From the NCBI GenBank assembly GCA_050575255.1, contig JBNZDD010013668.1, positions 1,462,289 through 1,526,288 of the forward strand: a DNA stretch of 64,000 nucleotides. The letters run 5' to 3'. Every line of letters starts with the position of its first letter. Positions within the stretch are counted from its first letter, which is position 1. Below the pieces are notes generated by a model, which made no database searches, was not told where the DNA came from, and saw only the letters and a list, made by a program, of their open reading frames with translations. Shown in pieces: positions 21,921 to 33,250 of the stretch. Both the position numbers and the translations under genes were made by a program. The stretch comes from Harriotta raleighana. Its lineage: Eukaryota.

Positions 21921-24157
21921 ACTCTTGTGTACATTTGTTTCCATCTACTCAACAAAAGGCCTATTGTAACTCCTAGGCATTTCAGAATCACAATTATTAA
22001 AACAAGATAGGAAATGGCAGACTCCCCAATGAGGTCCAGCACCTCTTCAAAGAGTCTTGCTGCGACTCTTGGGCATCTGAAGTAATTGGATGCTCTTCGA
22101 TCATTTCAGATCAAAAGAGTCTTTTATCACAGTGTGTAACTATTGTACTTTAGAAAGAAATTGCTAATTGTCCTTTACATATTTTAATACATTCTATAAT
22201 AAATGATCACACAGAACTATATCATAGATGTTATGCTGTGAATACAAAAAATAAAACCACAAGACAGTCAAACACTTTTTAATCCGTGGAAGCATGTCTC
22301 CAATTTACTTGACAAAGCCATTGTATAGGCATTGCTATAGATAAATTCGATAAATGTTATTCTTTAATATAAACATAAATTTTGCTTCCTGCAGGAAACA
22401 AATGTGAATTTAAATTGAAACAGAAGCATTTTGTGTTCTCAACCATTTCAGCATTGGCTGTTCATAGGACTTTGCTGTGTGCAAGTTGGCTGACTCCTTT
22501 GCCTACGGAATATGCAGTCACTACACTTTGCAGTATATCCTGTGAGATGTACTCCCAATAAGGCACTATGGTGATAAGCACTATATCAAATTTTAGGGTT
22601 ATCATATTATTCTAATTTACTGGAAAAAATGCATTTATTTGTGAAACAAAACTGCTCATTTCTTTGTTTCTCTGAAGGAGTGAGGGCAAAATCCAACAGG
22701 GATATACAATGTACAATATTGTTTTAATGCTTTAAACTATGAATCAAGACTTCCATATTTATGTATTAGCGATTGTAATATTTCGGGGTGAGTTGTGATG
22801 AATCCAGACAGTTTCTTCAGACACAAAAACTTGCACAATGATAACATTAAATAGCCTCCGTCATGTAAAGGCTTGATCACAGCATCATTATCCATGTACT
22901 TCTATAGATTAACAGTGAGCTTTGAGCAATCATTTCTCTCAAACAGAATTCTGAAATGAAATTTCCAAAATTTGGCAAATTCAACAGAAGATATAATCGC
23001 CTCCCTCTAACATTTATTAGGTTGCCATATGATTTATGGTAACCACAATTTTACTGCAAATGAATTCCGTCAGCTTCACTATTTTCATAAATGACTAATT
23101 ATAAAATCGCAAAGAGACAAAAAGTGAATAATATTTGGCACCGAAGCCTCCTTTGATGTTTATTGGACAACAAATATAATTATTCTTTTCAAATAAAAAT
23201 AATTGAGCTGCATTAAAATGAATGCTGGGACTAAGGACCTATTCTTTAATATAAACGTGAACATGAATGCCAACCGAAAGACTATATATTCTTAGCAGAT
23301 TGATACTAAATAAATGTCGGCATTTTGTTTACCAAATTAATCTAAAATATCGCTTTATCCAACATTAGGGAGGCTTGTTGTGGAATTAATGCCTATTATT
23401 TCATCTAATTTTCTAAGCAGGGCTTTATTCCAAATCAAGAAAATCTTAACAACAAAACTGAGCAGATGAGATTGCCAACAAACAGCTAATAAATTAAATT
23501 TGTCAGGATTGTGCAGGATATTGCGCTGTCCAAAACAGGATATTCACGGCAGAAGTTGCAAATAGTCATTGCTTCCTTGACCTGGATGTACAGTGGGAGT
23601 CGATTAAATTGGACTAAATGGCTGGCCCTGATGTGTCTGTCTTAAGCAGCATCCACTGCACTTACAATGACTTGCAGGAAATCTGCTTACCAGTTATTAT
23701 CTACTCTCAGTGCAAAGTTCCCATGCTTGTGCAAACTTTAGTTTCCAATTTTCTTTTGTTCATTTAAAATGCTGTTTCTCTGCATTGTTAATAAGTAAAC
23801 TAATAAAAATCTTGAGTTAAATGCTGTCTTATCATCTCGAAAAATATACCTCAAAGAGTTTCCCAGGATTTTACGGTGGAGTGATTGTGTACCTGTGAGA
23901 GAACACATTGGGCAATTTTATGCAAAGTCCTACAGACGGCCATGAAATGAATTGACAAAATTTACGTTAGATACTTCCTTTTCCTCTCCCTTTCCACAAA
24001 AAGAACATAGGCCCACCAGGAGGGAGGGAGAACATAACAGGATCATCAGTCCAGATTGTTCTCCCAATTGGAGAACACTCGAGTAGAAGAGGTCTGGGAA
24101 ATGTTTCCTGCCCTATAACTTTTAGATATCATGAAATGATAGATGAACATGCATTTA

Positions 24158-24755
24158 GGAATCCTGTAGTTCAATGGTTAAAGCACTCGCCTCACAAGCA
24201 AGAGACCTGGGTTTGATTCCTGGCAGGGTGAAACCTTGGGCAAGTTTTCTTACTCCACATGGCTGCTAATAATCCCTCATGAAAAAAAAACTATGATAAT
24301 TTGGTTACTCGATTCACGACTGCTCAACCCCTCCATTCAGCTGGCTCTAGTCAACTCCATACCTCCTGCCGGTGGCCGGACTTTTAGCCTCTCTCTCTCT
24401 GGAACTCCATCCCACTGTCCCTTTGTCTTGATTCCTCCCTTCCCTCGTTCAAGGTCAGTCTCAAAACCCTGCTTTTTGATTGTGCCTTCTGCCAACCTCC
24501 CATTTCTGTCCCTCCCCCTACCCTGCCTCTCCCCTGGGCTCAGGTCATGACCCCTGACTGTTCAGCGCCTTAGGTCATCCTCCTGACGTGAAAGGCGCTC
24601 TATAAATGTAATTTTGTTGTTGGGACACTGCTGTGCGAAATTGGCGGCCGCTTTTCGCCCACAAAATATACAGTCAATTCACTTTACAGTATATTCTGTG
24701 AAGCACTTTGAGACATCTAAAAAATGTGAAAAGCACTATATCAAATCCAAGGATT
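24158..24755 (+). mobile_element. tRNA-headed SINE interrupted by an L2 3' fragment (24323-24620)
   Basis: SINE breaks at cacgactg and resumes at tgggacactg; the insert ends in gcgccttaggtcatcctcctgacgtgaaaggcgc...ttttgttgt. Confidence 0.9.
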
Positions 24756-24859
24756 TGATAAAACATATTCCAACTTATTGTTAAGAACTTCCTTTCCAAT
24801 GCAATAGATATCTCTCAGTCATCATTCCAAGCAATATTTTAATATAATAATGAAATAAC

Positions 24860-25100
24860 ATTTGATGCAGCACCTTTCATGTTGGGAGGATGTCTCAAAA
24901 TGCTTCACAGGATTTGTAAAGTGCAGTGACTTGTGTATTTTTATAGGCGAGCACAGTAGTCACTCTGCTGGATGTCTCACAAACATCTGTGAAGAGAATA
25001 CAGTCACCATTTTTTTACAACTTTACAAAATGGCTAGGACACTGGAAGAAACTCCCTTCATTTTTCAAGTTGTGCCATGGAATTGTTAAAGCTAACTGGA
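24860..25100 (-). mobile_element. Old DeuSINE-like 3' half
   Basis: catttgatgcagcacctttcatg...gtgccatgg, reverse of the Deu core and tail. Confidence 0.6.
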
Positions 25101-28100
25101 ATAGGCAATCCAAGTAACGTAGAGATAAACGATTAAAAGAATATTATCACTTTCAATGAGTTACATAACCAATAATTCTATAATTTGACTTATACAACTA
25201 CAAGTGAAATAGCCCAGCAATTTGTGCCTCAATCATCCAGGATAGATAGAGGCTTTAATCTCATCAAGATAAATATTAACAAAGAAATCGCTCAACAGGA
25301 GTAAACAATTTGGAAATGAAATCTGAATCATGTCCCTTAGTATTCATGTTCTCAAGGCCCACAACATCATTTCCAGGTTAGATCTATGAAAAAGGCTCTT
25401 TACTGGTGGTAATCCTGTTTAAACTTATGGTTTATGAGTTTTCAAAAGAAGAAGCAATAATAGCAAAACCAATGTTAAATTTTTGCTTGGCATTTCCGCA
25501 GATAATAGATTCCTGCATTGCATATTGTCGAACTTGCTTCGCCCAAAAATGTATTTTTGGGCTTTCAAGCACATAAAAATAAATTCCATATTTAATTGTG
25601 ACTGAAATCGGAATAACACGCATTATAGATGCAGTTTTAATCAACTTGTCCATTCGATTGGAGAGGAAACAAACGCTTTTTCACTGCACCATAGAGATAT
25701 TTTGAGAAATGTTGCAATATTAAAACCCTTTCTTGCTGATGTGTAATTCATCATTTTTCGATCAACACTTTCCTGACACCCCCATGTCAGCAAACAGAGC
25801 CAGTGCAATGCGTTTTTGAAGCAACCAAGTAATAAAGAGAGAATGCAATGCATTCTGTGTGAAGACAACACAGTGAACAGATATGCCTCATCTCTAGTAC
25901 TCAGTCTAATCCTCTATGGATAAATGGCTTGATAATAATATACAGATTTCCCATTATATGCCAACTCTGAATGCCTTAAGAAATATATCTATTTTAATAT
26001 GACACTCATCCCTTCATAACAATGTGTGCATTTTTAACATTTATTTTTATTCTAAAAGTTACCTAGTGCTCCTAACAACAATTTGCCTTATTAAAATGCA
26101 TGTTCACGGAACTGTACATGCTGTACTTAAGCTATTTTGCCCTCTTTGGCATCTTAGAATAGAAACAATTCCATTATTTGAGATGCATTCAATACTCCTC
26201 TAAGAGAAAGCTAGGAGAGAAAACAGTGCATGGCGACTCATGTCCATTTTTGTCAGAGGAAACAGTATGTAAAATTAAACAGAATACAACTTGAGCAAGA
26301 CAATTAGCCTTTTGATTTGCACCCCCAACTTCTTCTGGCTAGCCTAGCACTTAAGAATAGGGAAGGAGTTTTACCAAGTAAATTTATTGAATATGTAAAT
26401 TGCATGGCAAGACAAAATAAAAATTCCCCTCCCCCATTTCCCATCAACTACAATTGCACACAATTTTTCTTTTTCTGAACTGCAGGAGATTTAGAATTGT
26501 GATCACTGGGGGTCGGGAATGATGGCTGGTCATATTGTCATGCTTATCTGAGGGACATCTGAAATTCAGCAGCCAAGACTGCATTTTATCTACACAACAG
26601 CAATAGCTGAACCAAGCTGTACTCCTTAAGAGTCAAAAAGCTTAGAACAGAAATCACCTAGTTAGAGGTGTTTTTCTCTGCCTGTTCATCAAAAGCTTTA
26701 AGCAATGAACTACTCCTAGATGATGCTGGTGATTGGTAAGGCTCGATGGAAATTTCCACAAATCAGTGATGTGGAAAAGAGAGTAAAAAAATTACAGAAC
26801 TTTCGTATAGGTAATTGACCATTAGCAAGACTGCTTTAAAGACCATCTTCCTTCTATCCTGCACTTTCATCACAATACAGTATATTGCTCTGATTGTGTG
26901 AAATCATCAGGAGTGCCTTCAATTACTGGTTGCAGCCACTGATCAAAATGACTTGCCTAATCCTGAAGCCAAGAGAGGGTGTAAAAAACGGGCAGAGAGA
27001 TGTACATAAGCATGGCTCTGCCGTTAACCCATGACTACTCAGCTTTTCAGACTCCATTTTAATATCTACATTTCATCTGTGCCAATCTTCTGCATTGAAT
27101 GCTACAATAATAATAATTTTTGCATTGATATCCAGCCTCATTATGTTAGAATTAGAATTAGAGAAACCTTCAGCAGTTTCAATAGAAAACCAAACGCCCT
27201 CACTCCTTTCCTCCCACCACTTATGCAACCTGCATTTTTCCAAAATATTATTGTCGAAAATCCACTTTGATCTCTTCCAGATTACATTTCAAGAGCTGCT
27301 TGTCGTGTTTCTCTCTCCTTTTATTATCATTATTATTAATTGAAAAGGAAAGAATATTCAAAGCCATGTAGATTGAAATTGTTAATAAAACAAAATCCAC
27401 TGGTTGGATTGTTCTTGATGCTGACAAGTATAGTACTGGAGAACATTTTTCACATATTCCCCCCTCCCCTGCACATCCACTTAATGATGGTATTATCAGG
27501 AAGCGGTTGTGGCTTGCTGAAGCTGTCATTTTCCTCCACAATGGCTTATAAAATAATCAAGATGTGTGTGCGTAAAATGGAGACGCAGCCTGGTTTGATT
27601 TTAATAATACAGATAGGCTTAGCGAAAAATGAGGAAGAGACAGTACAGAGAGGACCCTAGGTCATGAGAGACAATGGCTTTTACACAAAGCTAAATTTTT
27701 ACAGCCAGAGAGAAGGATATATGGTTATTAGACTTTCCACAGCTATAGGAAGGATAATCTTTCAATCAGATTAATGAGAAAATATATTGCATGGGCCCTA
27801 CAGCACTTTTTGCTTTTGAGGCTAATACGTGATTTAAATCCCCAAAGCACATTTCCCAGCATTATAATATCCTTCACGATAATAACATTGCCTGGTTCGA
27901 CAAAAAAAAGCAGCTAAAAATAAAAGTCCCTCTTGATTTTGGCTGCAAGACTTGAAGGATATTTTCTCTTCTTTGTGTTCATCAAAGTGGGTTCTATTGA
28001 GAAAAGTCACATTCAATAAGACAAAAGGACATTTTCTAATTATGCTACCTGTCAAGATTGGGGATCTATTGAGGAAGCAGCTGTGGGGATGAGGGGGGCT

Positions 28101-29617
28101 AAACGAGAGATGGTGAGATGGTCGCTTGTGGGTGTAGGCTGCAGTCTGGTGCCGGGTTACTGTTGCATACAGTTGTTACCGAAATGCAAATTCAGTGAAA
28201 AGCAAAAAGTAATGCACGGTGTGAGTGAGGTAGATGGGAAAAGGCAGGCCTCCAAATGAAATCCGCTGCAGCCAGCGGTGGCTAGGGAGAAGCATGGAAA
28301 AGATAAGGGAGATGAGAACCCACGGCTCTCATTTATTTCCCTGTTGGAGATGTATAGAGGTCTCCAAGTAACAATAGATGAGCAAAAAAATGATTAACCC
28401 TCAAGCCCCCACTACGAATAATCCAGGAATGCTAAAAAAAAACAATGGTGGAATTGGTAAATAATAACATGAAAAAATGCCCCCAACATGAGTATAATAT
28501 GGATATTATTATTTTAATAATGAGTTTGATTGTTAACCATACATATATATACACATGTATACATATAGATGACTAACAGTCACACTGAATGAAAAAATTA
28601 ACATGAAAAAGTGTTGGGAGGCTTTTTTTATGTTATTGTTTTCCAATTCCACAGTGTTGTTTTATTTTTCTGCTATCCAGTGTGATAGTTTACCATATAT
28701 ATTGTATATTAATTTTGACTTTTCTCAATAGAACTCAGTTTGATGAATGCAAGGACGAGATAATATCCTTCAAGTCAAAATCAAGTGGGAGTTTTATTTT
28801 TAGCTGCTTTTTGTCGATATATATATATATGTTTATGTATAATATATATGGTTGAATGTCACACTGGATAAATGCTGATCCCAGACCTCTCTCACCCAGG
28901 CTCACGCATCCTTTGCGAATCAAATTGAACTGCGATGGCTGACAGCGAGTAAAAAGAAGGGGGGGAGAGAGACAGAGACAGAGAGAGTAAAAAAAAATCC
29001 CCAAGACCTTTGTATCTTTAATACAAAACTGGAATGGTAAAGTACAGAGAGAACTAATTGGTTTATTTCCTTGAAGAGCCAGTGACAAGGAACACAGTTG
29101 GAAGCGGGCTTTTCATCAGAGGTTATCCTAAGATATAACTAATTTAAACCTCCTCGAGCACAGACACAACCCGCTCCACATGGGAGGGTATCTCTCGAGG
29201 GTTCATTAAGTGACTGGCATGGCCATTTTTGGAATCAACAACTAAACACCATGCTAACCTTTAGCATTAAATTGCCTGTGGATGCTGAGCGCTGAGTATT
29301 TTCTCTTCAGAATTCTTATGCATCACAAATATTCTGGTGATATACAAATGATAGATGTAAAATTTATGAAATGGTATTCATTTAAACAGCTCATGGTTAA
29401 TTCTGCAGGGAGAATTATATCATGCAGTTCAGAGGGTACAGGAATCTAAAAAAAACTGCACTTTTTTTGGAATTTACACTGATATAATTTAAAAATAATT
29501 GTTATTACAGGTGTAATGATTGTCAACAATTACTTGTGCGGAAGAAAAGATTTTAACATGTAAAATTTTGAGGCTAAAAGTGGCTTTTGAGGATGTAGTG
29601 GTACTTGTTGGATTTTA

Positions 29618-29662
29618 TTAAAACCACAGATTTTTAATTAAACTAAAAATCTGTGGTTTTAA
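29618..29662. repeat. Perfect 19-bp inverted repeat, 7-nt loop
   Basis: ttaaaaccacagattttta-attaaac-taaaaatctgtggttttaa. Confidence 0.9.
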
Positions 29663-29679
29663 ACACTTGCTCTGTCAAT

Positions 29680-29815
29680 TTTTCTCTTTCACCCTTTCTC
29701 TCGACACTTCCTGATCCCAGTCTCCTTCTTGGGTCCAAACCACTAACCGTCTAGGGTCTTGGGACGTCCTCCCAATGTGAAAGCCGCAAACAAATGTAAT
29801 TTTCTTCTTGTTGTT
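29680..29815 (+). mobile_element. L2 3' tail fragment
   Basis: ttgggacgtcctcccaatgtgaaagccgc...aatgtaatttt...ttgttgttg. Confidence 0.75.
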
Positions 29816-30624
29816 GCTGCGATGTTGTGTTAAAGTTCCGACATCGTGCTACTTGATAAACTGAGGAAGCTCTGCTTCTTCATGCTTGGTGGAGAGAGTT
29901 CACCTGTTTGCTCATTTATTTTTTAGTCCCCGTTTTGTTCGTAGCAGCACTTGAGAAGCTAAGTGACAATTTGCAAAGATCTCTTCATTTAAATGTTAAA
30001 CTGTAGACGCATATTGCTGACCACTTGGGCAATTTAGCCTTAAGAATTGCCCCCATTGTATATTAATCTTGAGTTAAGCCTTTTTTAAAAACTGTGTTGT
30101 GGTCGTGAATTACTCCATTTAACAATAATAAAAGGAACAAAGTGTAAGGAGGCATCTTTGATACAGGTCTCGGATTAGTTCCATGAACAGCTTGCTTCTT
30201 GATGTTTTGTTCTGCATTCCAGTTTAAATATAACAAAATCCCTTACACAAACCCTGGCTTGAAAATGCCATGCATCTCCAGCTCGCAAATTCTACAGCAA
30301 ATATTTACACTTCTGAAGCTCTTCACAGTTTTGATAAAGAAAGTCAGTGTTGGATCACTCCTCAGATTTCAGTCATTTTATGTTACTGCCTTTTTAAAAA
30401 AAATTCTGATGGTAAGGTGCAACTTGCAACATTTCTTATAAAGAAATGTATGGTTATTAAATTTCTTCAACATTAATTGTGCTGAAGAATGCAACAAATT
30501 CAGTACAGTAATTGTTTATCTCGTATTAAGGAGTTTCTTAAGCAATTCTGGAAACTAAATCACAGTATGTCGTAGTCTGAAACATATTGTCATACAAATG
30601 CTTCAGATACCAAATGATGGTCCC

Positions 30625-30970
30625 AGTCTAGGCTAACATTCCTATGCAGTGCTGGGAGAGTGCTGTATTGTCGGAGGTGTTGTCCTTTGGTCAAGATGTT
30701 AGACCAGGAATTTGTCTGCCTATTCTAGTGGGCATTATAGATCCCATCCGTTATTCAAAAAGAGATGGGAGTTTTTCCTGATGTTCCTGGCCAACAACTA
30801 CCAAAATAAAATTGGTCATTCATTTCATAGCTATTTTGGGAACATTGCTGTGTGCAAATTGGCTGCTGTATTTGGCTACAAAATGCAGAGTCACTGCACC
30901 TCACAATAAAATTGAAACATTTTGAGGCATTATCCTGATGTAGAAGTAACTGTATGAAATGCAAGAATTA
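30625..30970 (+). mobile_element. DeuSINE-like copy (5'-truncated)
   Basis: gcagtgctgggagagtgctgtattgtcggaggtg...gatgttagacc...gatcccat...gctgtgtgcaaattggctg...aaatgcaag. Confidence 0.8.
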
Positions 30971-31089
30971 CAACGGCATTCACTTATGCCGGATGATTGA
31001 CTTACTTGTTTTCTTGCTTGTTGTAAATATGTCTTAATTCAGACAAATATCTGGTTAATTCGAGCAATATGCCCTGATTTCATTTTCGA

Positions 31090-31381
31090 ATCCCTTCATA
31101 ACCTCGCACCTCCCTATCTTCACGACTTTCTCACTCTCCATTCGACTACCCGCTGTCTTTGCTCAGCTGGTGCTGACCATCGGTGGCCATGCTTTTAGTC
31201 ACTACGCCCCAACGCTCTGGTTCTTTCTCCCCAATCTCTCCACCTCGCGCCCCCCTCTCTCGTCACTTTCAAACTCTGCCTTTCAAATTTTTATGTGCTG
31301 ATGGTCACCTCTCCCCTCCCTCGGCTCGGGGTCAGACTCCGCCACTGTTAAGAAGTCTACATAAATGCAAGTTGTTGTTGG
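31090..31381 (+). mobile_element. L2 3' fragment (decayed)
   Basis: cccttcataacctcgcacctccctatct...ataaatgcaagttgttgttg. Confidence 0.7.
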
Positions 31382-31549
31382 TTAATGTACTCACTCTGAC
31401 CTTCTGTGTGTCAAGCCTTCAGCCACAAAGGACTCTGGGATGTAGAATACGAGGCGTCAAATTATGATTGACAGTGGAGTCCAACCATTCACAAGTGGCT
31501 GGAGTTGGCCTGTCAATCAGTGAGGGGGCAGAGGCACGAGGAAGAACAA

Positions 31550-32290
31550 GGGAGAGAATGGGAGGACGATTGGGACAATGAGAGTGAATGGGAGGACAAT
31601 TGGGACAATGGGAGTGAATGGGAGGACAATTGGGACAATGGGAGTGAATGGGAGGACAATTGGGACAATGGGAGTGAATGGGAGGACAATTGGGACAATG
31701 GGAGTGAATGGGAGGACAATTGGGACAATGGGAGTGAATGGGAGGACAATTGGGACAATGGGAGTGAATGGGAGGACAATTGGGACAATGGGAGTGAATG
31801 GGAGGACAATTGGGACAATGGGAGTGAATGGGAGGACAATTGGGACAATGGGAGTGAATGGGAGGACAATTGGGACAATGGGAGTGAATGGGAGGACAAT
31901 TGGGACAATGGGAGTGAATGGGAGGACAATTGGGACAATGGGAGTGAATGGGAGGACAATTGGGACAATGGGAGTGAATGGGAGGACAATTGGGACAATG
32001 GGAGTGAATGGGAGGACAATTGGGACAATGGGAGTGAATGGGAGGACAATTGGGACAATGGGAGTGAATGGGAGGACAATTGGGACAATGGGAGTGAATG
32101 GGAGGACAATTGGGACAATGGGAGTGAATGGGAGGACAATTGGGACAATGGGAGTGAATGGGAGGACAATTGGGACAATGGGAGTGAATGGGAGGACAAT
32201 TGGGACAATGGGAGTGAATGGGAGGACAATTGGGACAATGGGAGTGAATGGGAGGACAATTGGGACAATGGGAGTGAATGGGAGGACAAT
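31550..32290. repeat. 30-bp minisatellite, ~24.7 copies, unit gggagtgaatgggaggacaattgggacaat
   Basis: Units from 31610 on are identical; only the first two units carry substitutions. Confidence 0.99.
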
Positions 32291-32809
32291 CACAATTGAT
32301 TGATAGTTGAGCCACTTGCGATTGGGTGAAGCCCATCCTTTCACAAGTATCTCCAGGCTCTCAATCACCTGATCACCATTAATTGGTCCCCTTTCTGTCC
32401 AATAGGATCGGCAATGGGAGGGAGGAAGCTCCCTGGGAGGGACGGTCCTGGACTGTATTTTGCAGTCAAACTAGGTAAATATATTTTACTGCATTCTGGG
32501 AGAGTATTTTAATTTTACCTTCAATTGTTTCATGTGAAACAACATTATTACAAATTATTATAAGATGTCGGAAGCCCTGCTCTGCTGGGTGGGAATGGTA
32601 TTTCGGCCAACATCGGACACCTTTTAACCTCTTAATTCGACCAAAATGTCCATCCCTGATGTGTCCTGCTAAAACGGCTTCCATTACATATATGTAATCA
32701 AAAAAAATTCAGATCGCAATACAAATACAAATTTACTTTCATATAACACCTTCCACATCAGGTGGGAGTACGTCCCAAGGCATTTAACAATCCTGAGTTA
32801 GCATTTGGA

Positions 32810-32940
32810 TAATAATAATCCTTGCATTTGATATAGTGCTTTTCACATCTTATCAACATCTCAAAGCGCTTCACAGAATATACTGTAAAGTGAATTGACT
32901 GTATATATTTGTAGGCAAGACGATGTGCCACAATACAGTG
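32810..32940 (-). mobile_element. tRNA-SINE 3' fragment
   Basis: ataataatccttgcatttgatatagtgcttttcac...gaattgactgtata. Confidence 0.85.
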
Positions 32941-33002
32941 CTCCTTTAGTGGTTCAGTCACTCTAAAGCATTTTTTTTTAAAAAAAATTATTTTTATTTA
33001 TT

Positions 33003-33250
33003 TATTGTATTTATATAGCGCCTTTCACGTCAGGAGGACGTCCCAAGGCGCTGTACAGTCAAGTGGGGGGAGGGGTCGGGGGAAGAAAAGCAGGAAAATA
33101 CTGACTGTATATTTGTGGGCGAAACGCGGCAGCCAAATTGCGCACAGCATTGTCCCACAAACAGTCATGGAAGCGAGAGGGCCAGGGATGAAAGGGGGAA
33201 AGAGGGCAAGGGGAGGGGTTGGGGTAGGAGGAAGAGAGAAGGAAAACCAG
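33003..33250 (-). mobile_element. Hybrid 3' end: SINE core segment embedded in an L2-type 3' UTR and tail
   Basis: Minus strand: pyrimidine tract - tgtgggac...aatttggctgccgcgtttcgcccacaaatatacagtc - linker - gcgccttgggacgtcctcctgacgtgaaaggcgc - tatataaatacaataa. Confidence 0.8.

Noticed and set aside
26721-26811. Exon-like segment MMLVIGKARWKFPQISDVEKRVKKLQNFRI with gtaatt donor
   Set aside because: Weak acceptor tract and no recognisable homology; within chance expectation.
31550-32290. CRISPR-like array
   Set aside because: Units are contiguous with no unique spacers, there are no cas genes, and the context is eukaryotic.
31419-32368. Long ORFs of 241-305 aa in five frames (SEWEDNWDNG, CPNCPPIHSH repeats)
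   Set aside because: A by-product of a 30-bp unit lacking stops in most frames. No synonymous variation between units and no supported gene structure.
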